This document shows, piece after piece, positions 11,785-24,337 of a stretch of 53,730 nucleotides of DNA (position 1 is its first letter; the number at the start of each line of letters is the position of its first letter). The stretch covers positions 20,264,603 to 20,318,332 of the forward strand of contig NC_068985.1 of NCBI RefSeq assembly GCF_001194135.2, read 5' to 3'. The notes beneath the pieces were generated by a model. The model saw only the letters and a program-made list of their open reading frames with translations, was not told the origin of the DNA and did not search any database. A program made the position numbers and the translations under genes. The stretch is from Octopus bimaculoides. Its lineage: Eukaryota.

Positions 11785-12269
11785 NNNNNNNNNNNNNNNN
11801 NNNNNNNNNNNNNNNNNNNNNNNNNNNNNNNNNNNNNNNNNNNNNNNNNNNNNNNNNNNNNNNNNNNNNNNNNNNNNNNNNNNNNNNNNNNNNNNNNNNN
11901 NNNNNNNNNNNNNNNNNNNNNNNNNNNNNNNNNNNNNNNNNNNNNNNNNNNNNNNNNNNNNNNNNNNNNNNNNNNNNNNNNNNNNNNNNNNNNNNNNNNN
12001 NNNNNNNNNNNNNNNNNNNNNNNNNNNNNNNNNNNNNNNNNNNNNNNNNNNNNNNNNNNNNNNNNNNNNNNNNNNNNNNNNNNNNNNNNNNNNNNNNNNN
12101 NNNNNNNNNNNNNNNNNNNNNNNNNNNNNNNNNNNNNNNNNNNNNNNNNNNNNNNNNNNNNNNNNNNNNNNNNNNNNNNNNNNNNNNNNNNNNNNNNNNN
12201 NNNNNNNNNNNNNNNNNNNNNNNNNNNNNNNNNNNNNNNNNNNNNNNNNNNNNNNNNNNNNNNNNNNNN
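11785..12269. other. Assembly gap
   Basis: 485 N, followed by a SINE tail-X end (12271-12308). Confidence 1.
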
Positions 12270-12699
12270 TGGAACCCTCGACGTCGTAAGCAACGGAGTG
12301 CCAACAACAGCTGGAGTTGAAATAATCGACTCCTCCAAGTTACATCCGAGCTAGAACTTAATGTTATTAACGTTTCCAACGTTGTGTTTTCGATCTTTTA
12401 ATTCATCACCTAGTTCACCTCTATCTCCCTGAGGTGTACGTGCATGCAGCATTGTTTTTAGCGAGTGTCATATGGTGATTGTATGTCACAACTAATTTGA
12501 TTTGTTATGAGGTTGGTCTTGATGTTACTTTAGTGCTTTGTTTCTAGAGTTAGATTAAAGACTATGCGAATCGTGGTATATTATTGGTTGATAATCGCGT
12601 GGAGTATAATATATTAAACGAGTTGTGTTACTGTATTACATGACGATAGTGTCGAATATGATATTTGTGATTATACTGTATGATACATGTTATGTGAAT

Positions 12700-13620
12700 T
12701 GCGTTATTTTATTGCTGGTAGGTGATTATGTGCCTATATTGTGAAAGTTGTGTTATATTTCTGGGAGATGATGGTACCGAAAGTGTACTGCGTGATTTGT
12801 GCAACTGAATTCAAAGAAGTCTTACAGAGAATATGAACTGTGCCTAGAAGGATGACTTTTGTTAATTGTTTGAAAATCTGTAAATTCTGGAATGTATTTT
12901 AAAATGATTTTGTTCATGAATGTTTATTTATTTATTTATCTATTATCACGCCTATTACTTTGATTGTTACTGATATTGTTTTAACTTTCATAACTCAATA
13001 TCATGCTTTATTCAAATTAAAAGTTTGTTCTTGTTCTTTGATAGATTTATCAACTTCTTTTCGCACTATGTTTTAGATCTCCTTTTTAGTTTGGACAGGT
13101 ATATTTCAGAGCATCGTAGTTGTTAGGCCATTGTTAACAGCGTTAGAACTTACGCGGCCTACCGGTGCGAAAATTTTCACGCATGAACAAAAAGGGTAGC
13201 GTCACCTCCCATCTGCATTAGTTGTGGCGGGGAAAAAAAGTCGGATATTTTTTGAACGCACCTCGTACAAACGAGTTTAGCACTTACTTATAACAGTTCT
13301 TTGTTTTCATGTCGATCTGTAGTTGGCATATTGACCAATGGAAATAATTTCTTGTCTGGCCATGTTTGTGAATATATCCTGTCTTTTCAACAACTGAACA
13401 GCGAGAAATGATGTAATCATTTGTTTCTCCATATTGTTTGTATTGTCTTAACCTGATATTAGCCTCTTATTCTATTATTTCGTTTTGTAGTTTATGTAAC
13501 AATGCATTGATACTCTCCGGCTAAAATCACTCGTTCTGTTTATCCTTTGTTTTCGATCTTTTGAGCAATTTTTGGCTTTCAAATTAACTCACAACTTCTC
13601 TGTCAAATCTTACTAGGCGT
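12700..13620 (-). mobile_element. Old R4/Dong-clade non-LTR 3' fragment (zinc knuckle plus REL endonuclease), interrupted by a mariner-type end
   Basis: Minus strand reads, in canonical order, TERVILAGEYQ, GETNDYIISRCSVVEKTGYIHKHGQTRNYFHWSICQ, NIVRKEVDK, KYIPEFTDFQTI and KVILLGTVHILCK. Confidence 0.75.
13130..13267. mobile_element. Tc1/mariner-type terminal fragment (single TIR)
   Basis: Ends agtcggatattttttgaacgcacctcgTA (reverse complement TAcgaggtgcgttcaaaaaatatccgact), a mariner-like TIR with TA; partner end not seen. Confidence 0.6.
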
Positions 13621-13689
13621 AGAGGTTTTTCTCTATATTATTTTTGTTTATCCTTTGTGTTGTGTCGTCCTCATTTAAGACTTCATATT

Positions 13690-13792
13690 CTGTGTAAGCC
13701 AAGTACCTATTCTATCGCTATCTTTTGCCAAAATGCAAAGTTACAGGGACATAAACACACCAACATCAGCTGTCAATCGATGATGGTGGTGG
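13690..13792 (-). mobile_element. SINE family A fragment running into gap
   Basis: gtaagccaagtacctattctatc...acataaacacaccaacatc. Confidence 0.75.
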
Positions 13793-14262
13793 NNNNNNNN
13801 NNNNNNNNNNNNNNNNNNNNNNNNNNNNNNNNNNNNNNNNNNNNNNNNNNNNNNNNNNNNNNNNNNNNNNNNNNNNNNNNNNNNNNNNNNNNNNNNNNNN
13901 NNNNNNNNNNNNNNNNNNNNNNNNNNNNNNNNNNNNNNNNNNNNNNNNNNNNNNNNNNNNNNNNNNNNNNNNNNNNNNNNNNNNNNNNNNNNNNNNNNNN
14001 NNNNNNNNNNNNNNNNNNNNNNNNNNNNNNNNNNNNNNNNNNNNNNNNNNNNNNNNNNNNNNNNNNNNNNNNNNNNNNNNNNNNNNNNNNNNNNNNNNNN
14101 NNNNNNNNNNNNNNNNNNNNNNNNNNNNNNNNNNNNNNNNNNNNNNNNNNNNNNNNNNNNNNNNNNNNNNNNNNNNNNNNNNNNNNNNNNNNNNNNNNNN
14201 NNNNNNNNNNNNNNNNNNNNNNNNNNNNNNNNNNNNNNNNNNNNNNNNNNNNNNNNNNNNNN
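13793..14262. other. Assembly gap
   Basis: 470 N, followed by (GA)n. Confidence 1.
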
Positions 14263-14300
<38 letters not shown>

Positions 14301-14662
14301 TTTATGATGGCAGTTTCAGCTTTCAGAACACTTTGTAATTTAATAGTTTTCCGAAGTTCATAAATTTACATAACTTTCAATTTATTATGAAGAAGCTATA
14401 ATATATAACCGGGATTGCTACTTTATTAACGCCTTATCTTGTTTCTAACGTTGGGTTCAGTTACCAATATTAGTCTGACTCTTCTGGTGTACTCTATTCT
14501 AATTTTCTCTTTCATGTCTGTGTGTTATATCTTATCAGTTTCATCTACTTCCGATTTTTTTTTGTACGGTCGGTTATCTTATTTCAGTATCCGAATCTAA
14601 TTCAATGTTCTCAGTTTGAATTAATTTACTTCTTATAGTAACTCAAGCGCTCTTGCAATGCT

Positions 14663-15110
14663 CATCCTCATCCAGGGCTTCATCGCTGCTGAAGGAGGAA
14701 CACCTCCCTGGACTCCTTCTGCTGCTGTGTGTCTTTGGCCAGTAGTAGCCATATAAGCCCCAGGTAGGAGGTGAGATCATCTTGCGAACTTGTCTTTGGT
14801 CGCTTCTTGATCTTGTCCATTGTCATGGTGTCCATTCTGCCACCCTGGCTGCTGCCCATCTGTTGCCCTTCAGTCGCATGATGTAGTTATCTCATCTCTA
14901 TTTGTTCTCCTTGATGTTCCTATGATGTCGTTGACTCTCGTGTACTGTCAAATCCAGGCATTGGTTTTCTTGTTCCGCAATGTGATGCCGAACATGATTT
15001 GTTCCATTTTCTGTTGGGCTACAGTGAGGGCATTCATGATAGTAGTGTTGAGAGCTCATCCTTCACTGTTGTATATCAGGATGCGCTTGCTGAAGATCTT
15101 TATTTTAATT
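14663..15110 (-). mobile_element. RTE-clade LINE 3' fragment
   Basis: ILIYNSEG*ALNTTIMNALTVAQQKMEQIMFGITLRNKKTNAWI*QYTRVNDII...GNRW...EWTP*QWTRSR-RPKT..DDL matches the RTE C-terminus. Confidence 0.85.
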
Positions 15111-15234
15111 TTCATATACTGATTAAACTCATATAGAGTTTAATAGGTTCTCTTGTTTGTTGTTATTTCTAGTGAAATATTTAAAATCATTTACATAGAG
15201 TGCTCAGAGAGCCACTTTGCATTTTATATATTTA

Positions 15235-15375
15235 ATCTTTTACTTGTTTCAGTCATTGGACTGCGGCCATGCTAGACCATATCTTTGAAATGTTCAGCGG
15301 AACAAATCGACCCTAGCATTTAAATTTTTAAGTCTGGTGCCTACTCTATTGGTGTTTTTTTTGCTAAGTTAAGGG
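15235..15375 (-). mobile_element. SINE family A, 3' fragment
   Basis: tttacttgtttcagtcattggactgcggccatgct. Confidence 0.8.
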
Positions 15376-15393
15376 AACCTAAGCATTGTTGGT

Positions 15394-15668
15394 GGAGGTA
15401 CATGGCCTAGTGGTTAGAGAAGCGGACTCGCAGGTTCGAATCTCTGACTGAGCGGTGTGTGTGTTTGTGAGCGACACACCTAAGCTCCACACGGCTTCGG
15501 CAAAAGGTAATGGCGAACCTCTGCCGACTCTTTCGCCACAACTTTCTCTCACTCTTACTTCCTTCATCTAACAGCTCACCTGTCCAGTTGAGGAACCTAT
15601 ACGTCAATGAAATCGGGAAAGTGGCCCTTATGAGCCAGGCATGGCTCGAGAAGGAACAACAACAACAA
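15394..15668 (+). mobile_element. tRNA-derived SINE, head C plus tail Z, ending in (CAA)n
   Basis: tggcctagtggttag A-box, ggttcgaatctc B-box, gagcg..acacctaaagctcc and cacaactttctctcactctt shared with 10923; different tail. Confidence 0.82.
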
Positions 15669-16139
15669 GTAATGTTGGTGGTGGGGTAATACAGATACTC
15701 TTGTACATAATTATATATTTATGCGCGCGCGCGCGGATGTGCGTGCATTTTAGGCCAAACCAAATTGACCAGCCATACTCTAATGAAGATTGAATATTGA
15801 TGTTTTTGAGATTTAAAAAAATTTCTGCTGTGACAACCACGTTTTCTGATACCAAATGTCAAATGTGTTTATCTTACTGAGGCATCAGGTCTGAGTTTGA
15901 GTTATCTGTTTATCGACTACATTTGCCAACTGGTACTGAGATTTTGGCATGAAGTTAATCTCACTTTGATGCCTATTAAACACCGCAGTTATTACCACGT
16001 CACCTCATTATCGTCGTCATCCCTAATGCAATCGCTGGTATCATAACAGCAAATTTGAAATTATCTCCGTCCGCCATCAACATCATCACAGCCACTATTA
16101 TCATCACCAGTGTTGTTTTCCGTTATTTAAAGCTACGGT

Positions 16140-16520
16140 AGGTGAGGCTGTTTGGGAAGATGTTTGCCTCCCAGCCATATTGTTCCAGGTTCAGTCCCAT
16201 TGCGCAGCATCTTGGCAAGTATCTTCTACTATCGCCCCAGGCCTACCAAAGCCTTGTGAGTGGATTTGGTAGACAAAAACTGAAAGAAACCCGTCGTATA
16301 TATATCTATGTGTGTGTGTGTCTTTGTGTTTTTGTCCCCCTCCCCGCCATAAATTGATTACCGGTGTTAATTTGTTTACATCCCTGTAACTTTGCGGTTC
16401 AGCAAAGGTAACCGACATAAGTACCGAGCTTAAAAATATTTCCTAGAGTTTATTTGTTCGACTAAGGCTTTGCAGGTTTTGCTCCAGCATGGCCGCAGTA
16501 CAATGACTGAAACAAGTAAA
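16140..16520 (+). mobile_element. SINE family A, full length with internal (TA)(GT)
   Basis: ggttcagtccc B-box, CORE-like cttggcaagt, internal microsatellite, ccagcatggccgcagt tail. Confidence 0.9.
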
Positions 16521-16807
16521 CGGTATCACGAGCAAACATAAAAGCCTCCACGCCATCGCTCAACTTGTTAGAAAAATTAGCCAAATCTCCCCCTAAACCA
16601 AACCCTAGAGTCATATAAAAGAATACATTGGATAACGCTGTCTGGATGACCACTATTCCAGGAGAAAAGATGTTATGGTTATGGCTAGAATGTTCTTTGA
16701 GTATAAATACCTCTCCTCTATATTTGAAGCCTGTGAGGGAACATTTATACGGTCAGTCGGCATGCTAGACAGAGCAGTTAAATCTCTTTCTAATAATATC
16801 CTGTTCT

Positions 16808-17015
16808 GTGAGCTGGTAGAAATATAAGCACGCTGGGCGAAATGCTTAGCGGTATTTCGTCCGTCTTTACGTTCTGAGTTCAAATTCCACCGAGGTTAAT
16901 TTTGCTTTCATCCTTTCGGGGTTGATAAATTAAGTACCAGTTGCGTAATGGGGTAGATCTAATCGACTGGCCCCCTCCCCCCAAATTTCGGGTATTGTGC
17001 CTAGAGTAGAAAAGA
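16808..17015 (+). mobile_element. SINE family B
   Basis: gagctgg...gggcgaaatgcttagcgg...gagttcaaattccaccgagg...gtgcctagagtagaaaagaat. Confidence 0.92.
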
Positions 17016-17049
17016 ATAATATCCTATCTCCTTAAAAGCAGGAGACCAA

Positions 17050-18760
17050 TAAAAAGATTAGATAATCACATTTGGAATATCGTTAATCATAGATTTTCTT
17101 GATCAGTATTGAACTGCAGCTAAGCGACAACGTTTCCAAAATCACATATTATGTTACAAAACCTAAGTCAACACCGCCAGAAGTAACAGACTGTTACTGT
17201 TACATACCACCACCATCAACGTTATCAAGATATATCATCCACCTCCATAACACCACCTCCAATTTCCAAGATGAAAAGAAAAACAAAAAAATGCAAGACA
17301 ATAATATCAGAAGAATAAGTATATATATAAAAAATATTAAGTTTTCCAGCAACATGTCCGAAGGGGTCGTATGAACAGTAGCGAATCTTCAAACGTTTGA
17401 AACTGAAGTTAAAGCTAACACCGACCGACGTACCAGCGTTGCTTACGAGATAAGTGTTAGAGTAAACGACAAACATTCGATCCGAAAGAAAGCCACAAAT
17501 ATTCCCTTGGCAACAGAATATCTGAAAATATCGTTGATAAACTGGTCAATATCGAGAATAAAAGAAATTTCGCACCGACATTCTGGAATCTTGAACAGAA
17601 CATAGAGTAGTTTAATCGACAACATTTCTGCAGACAATATGAAATCAGATATCATCATAAACATTCTCACTGGCAGACTAAACGGTTTAAAATGGTCGAT
17701 ATCTCAATTGGTACAGTTGGTTCGGATATTGAAGGTTATAGAGAAGGAGGGTCAGGAATCATCGTCAAAGAAAGAAACGAAAAAAAAAAACAACAAAAAA
17801 AAATCTTGACAGTAAGTGAAAATTGTAAAAAAACCAATATCGGCTTATATATATTTTTATGTCGGTCTATTAGCAATAGAAACTGCCATCGATTAGCTTT
17901 ACAACAATCATCGTAGTTTTAAAACTACTAGTAATTTTGACAGACAGCTGTTCAACCGTAACTAGCAACGAAATCTGAACAGTAAAATTCAGTTAAAAAA
18001 TATCAAGTGCTATAAGAATTTATGAACAAAAATCAGCAACGTAGATCAAAAAGAGAAAAAAATATTACATACAGGTGTGTATATGTATATATTATATTAT
18101 TTATATGTGTGTGTTTCATATATATATATATATATATATATACCCTGAAGTGAAAAAGTAGACAGTAGCCAATGAATTATCCGAGAACGAGAACAACCCA
18201 AGCAGTGACTTACAGAAATGAGTAATATAACTAATATCTTTGCAGGTGTAATATCAGCTATCAAGTGGTTGCATAAAAGAAAAATTCACACCAAAAGAAT
18301 CTAAGAACTAAAAAAAAAGAAAAAAAAGAAAGAAACAGACGATACATCTTCACCAACAAGACTGCAATATCTTCATCGAAATTAAAACTGGGCACTTGTA
18401 CAAGATTAAACCTATACCATATTACTGGTGATTGCCTAGACTACAAATTGCGAGATAAACCGAACGAGCACTTATTTTCATGTCCAGCAGACTGTTTCAA
18501 AAGAGTAAACATCATAGCTGAATAATTTGGCTTCTGTACCATATACCAGTCTTTGTAACAAACTTGAGCTCGTTACTGGAATGCAGAAGGCCATATTTAA
18601 ATGCAAGGCAGCAACTGGGGTCACCACACCAAAATATACAGAAATATAGGAGCAGAATAGCAAGAGGAGGAAATACAGAACATTCTGACTATCAGGCGGA
18701 TCATGTTTATCTAGATCACTACGCATACGAATCACTACGAGCTAGTATCACTTCGACTGC
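17050..18760 (+). mobile_element. Possible highly decayed Penelope-like retroelement remnant
   Basis: A-rich strand bias; weak peptides RIFKRLKLKLKLTPT, ENKRNFAP and IIVKE resemble PLE KGLKFTPT, NKSNFTP and IIIKEADKG; no intact motif. Confidence 0.25.
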
Positions 18761-18768
18761 CAAGCAAT

Positions 18769-18857
18769 AGGGTATAAGTCTGCTCAATCAGAGCCGACCT
18801 GAGTTTTACATCAGGTCGGCTTTGATTGAGCAGACTTATACCCTGAGTTTTACATCA
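18769..18857. repeat. 34-bp inverted repeat (8-nt loop) plus 16-bp direct repeat
   Basis: Arms 18769-18802 and 18811-18844 with one mismatch; cctgagttttacatca at 18798 and 18842. Confidence 0.97.
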
Positions 18858-19152
18858 AGAGTTGCAAAAATATTGATCGTTGTCGCATTAATCTAATTGC
18901 TGAACATATTCAACAAGTCAGCGAAGAACGAGTTTAGAGTCATTTACATATCACAAACAAACGTTTTCATCAGTTACTCCTGTGTTACAAACGAAATTAA
19001 GTCGCATTTATCTTACTGTTGAACATATTCAGTGATCATGCTAGTCACAAACGAACAAAGTAGTTACTTAAACATTTTCCTCAGTCACTCTTGTGTCACA
19101 GATGAAAGTGTTCGGAGGTTATATTTTTTGAATACGTTTACCAAATGAGGGA

Positions 19153-19275
19153 CATGCCTCATGTTTAGAGTGTTAAGCTCATGATCTTAAGGTCAGGGAT
19201 CAGGCGTCACATTGTGACCGTGTGCAAAGTACTTCATTTTACGTTGCTGCAGTCTCGGTAGCTGAAAATGAGTGC
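19153..19275 (+). mobile_element. Decayed SINE head D fragment
   Basis: gtttagagtgttaagctcatgatc...ttttacgttgctgcagtc...gctgaaaatgagt resembles the 46912 head. Confidence 0.6.
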
Positions 19276-20763
19276 CAGCCGAATACTAGTGCAGTCCTCT
19301 CTTTATCTTTCACATCCTCGATATTCCGATGGATCAAGGAAGTGGGAAAGCTAAGAAGTGTCCGTCTGCTCGCGTTTACCTAGGTATCTTAAATGATTAG
19401 CGAAAGCATGGTAAATACTACCGGTCATACCCTCATAACAGTGACGGCTACGGTGTGTGCTTACCAGCCAAATTTGAATGACTGGTGCATAGGTTCATAC
19501 TTACCGCCTTGAACAAACTTGATGGTCATAAATGTGACGTACGAACATGCATTGCTACGTCGTCTGAAAACTTCAGCATGGTAGTAATAGCGATAATGTA
19601 GATAATCGATGACTAATGAAGGGTATATGTATTATCCAATCCAGGAGCAGGATATAACAAAATGTTTATTACATAAATAGGATTCATGAATACCCTTGAC
19701 ATGACTGCGGATTTTGTGAAATTTTACATTGAAAATATATCCTACATCATAAACAAGTGTATAAACGAGCCATAACATTTTGTTATTTCTTCTGGTCTTT
19801 AAGAACAGATGAAAAATTTCTGATTAGTTCTTTGAGTATATCCTATTTCATGTCACTGAAACGTAGTTGAATTTACCTACTCTAACAAAAACTTGATGAG
19901 AAACACTAAACATACAAGCAGAAGTTTATGGATTGGTACATTCTGCATGCAAAGAGACACTAATCACCGTGGACCTGTGATCTCCTCAAGAAGGATACGA
20001 CTTCACAATTCAAGAACAGAATATAGCAGAATAAGTAGATGCGCAAAATCCTGAATGTGCTGGAATTTTTACCAAGTATGAGCAAAGCAAACTGACTCGC
20101 ATCTTCCTGATGCAATCGATAAATGGTGCTGTAAAGATAGGTAAAATATTCCAAAGATATTTTTATGTGAGTTTCTTACGAAAAAATATACATACAATCA
20201 CATGTACATGTGGCAAAGAGTAATCACAAACTCATAAGTATTACAATAACATGTACACAAATTATGTAATGGCAAGTATATCCTCACATATACTTACATA
20301 TGTACATATTAACTCACATTATCATAGATGCATGTAACTGTTCTGGCTCAAGTCTTGTTAATTTTGTAAGTGAATGATTGAATTCTATGATGAAGAATTT
20401 AAATCATAAACATACGTGTATAACCACGCCCTTCACAAGCATACAGAGATTTATCGGGTGAGATTTGTAAAACAGAATGTAAATAGTAACCAAAATACAC
20501 GTACAAAGCGCTTCTGAAGTCGATCAAATCTGTTTTTACTGGTTTCAGTCACTGGATTGTATTTATTATGGGCTCCGCTTTCAAAGAGTTTAGTTTGAGC
20601 GTATCGACATCTCTACTTATTTAAGTCTGGGGTATATTTTATCGATCTATGTACACACACACACACANNNNNNNNNNNNNNNNNNNNNNNNNNNNNNNNN
20701 NNNNNNNNNNNNNNNNNNNNNNNNNNNNNNNNNNNNNNNNNTATATATATATATATATATATA

Positions 20764-22075
20764 TTGGGTCATCCCATAAATAATGCTGTTTTTTTATACT
20801 TCTTTTATTTTTCAAAGTTAAGATAAACAAAGTTCTTTTTTAATCTAAAATATACTCTCCTTCATTTTCTACAATGCTCTCCCATCTATCTGGTAGACTT
20901 GCAAGGCCCTTCTTTCAAACTTCACTCGTCCGTGACGAAAAATACTCCTCCAGTACTGTTCTGACCTCGTCTACAGAATTCATATTTTTTTCTGTCCAAA
21001 TGATTTTGAAGACTGCGTAGTAAATGATAATTAGATATGGCAATGCCTGGCGAATATGATGGATGGAGCACCGTTTCCCATTCAAACTGCTCCAGCCTTT
21101 GGAATGTTATCCTCACTGTATGTGGCCGAGCATTATTTTCATGGAAAAACACCTTTCGTCTTGAAACCAAAGATGGTCGTTTTTCTTCTAGCACTGACTT
21201 CAGCTGCTCAAGCTGCTCGCAGTATACCTCTTTTGTTATCGTTTGGTTTGGATTTAAAAGTTCAAAGTGGACTAAACCTTTCATATCCCATCGAACAGAT
21301 TATAACATCCTACGTGGGTGAAGACCTTTAGCCTGGGGTGCCGGTGTTTCTCCTTTCCCTGCCCACTCTCTTCGGTGCTTAACATTTTTATAGAGAACCC
21401 ATTTCTCGTCACCAGTCACTATTTGGTTCAAAAAAGGTCCATTCATGAAAATTGTTGGTTCAAAAAAGGTCCATTCGTGAGAATTGACAACAAAGAAGAG
21501 CACAAATTCACTCTCTACGCGATTAGACTGGGAACGTTTGTGAGGAACCCATTGACCGAATTTGCTGACTTTTCCGATGACACGCGGGTGTCTATGAATG
21601 GGTGAATGACCAAATCCAAGCTTCTCTGTTAGTTCCTCAACAGTTACGATGAGATTTTGTTCAACCAGGGTTTGCAGGACGTCCTCGTCGAGCTCTACAG
21701 ATCTTCCAGGACGAGACTCATCTTCTAGGCTGTAGTTTCCGGCTCAGAATTTCTGGAACCACCGTTGACACTGGTTCACGTTTATTGTCCGATCCCCATA
21801 TACTGCATTAATATTCCTTGCACTTTTCGTTGCGTTGTTGCTTTTATTGAACTCATAAAGCAAAATATGCCGAATATGCTCCTTTGCCGTTTCTGTTATA
21901 GCTTTGAAAAAATAACTGTTAAAATCGAACTGCACTCTTCAAAACTTGCACTTAGAATAAGCCCAAGGAAAAATTACTATCTGCTTTTAGAGCAAGTTGG
22001 AGGTAGTTTACCCCGTCCCCCTCCGACTTTTAGTTCATGCAATTGAAAAACCCACATTACTTCTGGGATGACCCA

Positions 22076-22076
<1 letters not shown>
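20764..22076 (-). mobile_element. Full-length (1313 bp) non-functional mariner transposon
   Basis: TIRs ttgggtcatcccataaataatg and cattacttctgggatgacccaa, TA on both sides within (TA)n; broken transposase with RWFQKF, IVTGDEKW, WDMKG, HENNARPH and HPSYSPGIAISNYHL. Confidence 0.96.
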
Positions 22077-22108
<32 letters not shown>

Positions 22109-22181
22109 CACGATGGCCTCCCTCGGGTGTTTCCCTACCAAATACCATTTGCAAGACATTGATCACTGCGAAGTTGGAGGC

Positions 22182-22212
<31 letters not shown>

Positions 22213-23002
22213 ATAATAGAGAGAGAGAGAGACTTCCCCATGGTGCCGTTCTGTTGGATCGAACTCAGAACCATATTGCAAAAGAAACTCTTAAACCACA
22301 CAGCCATGTACACTAATCTTACTTGAATAAAATTCCTCAGAAATATAATTTTAACATTCGATAATTTCTATTCACGTATCGCGGTTTTGACTTTGTTGCA
22401 TGCATTGTACTTTCGATCAGGTGTGCAACGACGTGTGTGTGCACACGTGCTGCTGTTATTGATGAACATGTGATTGCATTATGCAAACTGACAAAATAAT
22501 ACCGTTTCGTGTAGTTGTTTACCGATTTATTTTCTACTCGAAGCCAGTTATATAAGGCGTTCCATAACAGAGGCAACGTTTAACATTATATTAGTGCTTA
22601 AATGATACGTCACTAATGTCACACCTGGTGTATAACTACGCATGTAATATTTGTTTAGGTTTGGCATCTCGATCTTTGTGGTATATTACGATATAACGGC
22701 AATAACCTCAGGCATAATCTTAAATTTCTGGTCATGTAGAATATTACGCCCCAATTGCCAGGCAGGGATCAACACTTGATGCTCATCCAAACCTATATTT
22801 ATACGAGATAGAAGTTTCTTTTAATATATTCATTTTATTTAAACTGTTTATTTCTTTATTCTCCTAGAATACGTATATTTATTATTTTCACACACCCATA
22901 TGCACGTGCAAATTGCTTTATGTTAATTTGTATGTTTGTACAAACATGTAGAGCCAGTCTATATGAGCTTGTATGGAGTGCTTAATTAAATGGTTGTTTC
23001 TA

Positions 23003-23462
23003 TATCTTTTACTTGTTTAAGACGTTAGACTGCAGCCATGCTGCAGCACCGCCTTGAGGAAATTTTAAGTCGAATGAATTGATCTCAGTACTTATTCTTT
23101 TTAAAGTCTTGCACTTATTCTATTGGTCTCATTCACACACACACTATTTTATTATTTCCCATAAAGGGTGTACAAAGGTGGGGGGGGGAGACAGCACAAA
23201 CAACTTTGGGGTCGACAAATGAGATAAAAATTCAAATGGGATATATGATTAATCGTATGGTGAACAACACACACACCCGCACACATATACNNNNNNNNNN
23301 GGGGGGGGGGGGGCTTTCACGCAGTTTCAGTCTATCAACTTCACTCACAAAACATTGATCGGCCCAGGGCTATAGCAGAAGACACTTGCACAAAGGTGCT
23401 GTGCTGTAGGACTGAACCCGAAACTAAGTGGTTGTAAAGCGAGCTTCTGTACCACACTGCAT
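23003..23462 (-). mobile_element. SINE family A split by an unrelated insert and a 10-N gap
   Basis: 3' part 23003-23130; 5' part 23311-23462 (gaagacacttgc, ggactgaaccc). Confidence 0.8.
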
Positions 23463-23749
23463 CTGTTATATGCAAGTATGTATAAGCTTTATGTTATTAC
23501 CGTTATTAGATAAAATTATACCAAAGTTCAGAGTATTTCTCTTGTTCCATTTGTATAAAGCGCTCAAAGCCATCCACCGGCTAAAAGATATTCAAGACTT
23601 CTAAACATCTGTCACCAAATGTCTTCTGCTCAAAGCTATTAACCTCGCTAGATCTGTCGCTCATACAATCGGTCCTAAACTAGATATAGAAATGCAGTAT
23701 TTATCGCTGTATAATAACAATCTGTAAGCTCTTGATATATATCTTTAAT

Positions 23750-23882
23750 TCCGCTGAGGTCGACTTTGCCTTTTATCCTTTCGAGGTCGATAAATTAAGT
23801 ACCAGTTGTGTACAGGGGTTCGATCTAATTGACTGGCCCCGTCCCCCAAAATTTCGGGCCTTGTGCCTAGAGTAGAAAAGGA
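23750..23882 (+). mobile_element. SINE family B, 3' part
   Basis: ttccgctgaggtcgactttgcc...aaaatttcgggccttgtgcctagagtagaaaag. Confidence 0.9.
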
Positions 23883-23899
23883 TATATATCTTTAATTTT

Positions 23900-24102
23900 G
23901 TTTACTTGTTTCAGCCATTGAACTGCAACCTTGTTGGGGCACCATTTTGAAGGGTTTTATTTAGACAAATCGATCCCAGGACTTGTGGTCTTTTTAAAGT
24001 TTGGCACTTATTCTGTTGGTCTCTTTTGTAAGTTACAGAAACTATTACAAACCAATATGGATTGTCAAGCAGTGTGGGTGGGAACAAACGCTGACACAGA
24101 GG

Positions 24103-24137
<35 letters not shown>

Positions 24138-24337
24138 GTCAGTACGATATGCGTCCATCTATCTATCTATACGATGGGCTTCCACAAAATTTCCTCCCAC
24201 CAAATTCACTTACAAGGCATTGGTTGGCCCAAGACTACAGTAGAAGACACTTGCCAAAGGTGCCACCCAGTAGGACTGAATTTGAAGACACACCCGTGCA
24301 AAAAGAGCCTCTTAACCTCATGGCCATGCCTGCGCCT
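23900..24337 (-). mobile_element. SINE family A, full length with internal (CTAT)n
   Basis: Tail tttacttgtttcagccattg; head ggccatgcctgcgcct; gaagacacttgcc. Confidence 0.85.

Noticed and set aside
19921-20160. Protein-like frame EVYGLVHSACKETL...EQSKLTRIFLMQSINGAVKIG
   Set aside because: Two in-frame stops, weak splice signals, no recognised family; a blastx search would be needed
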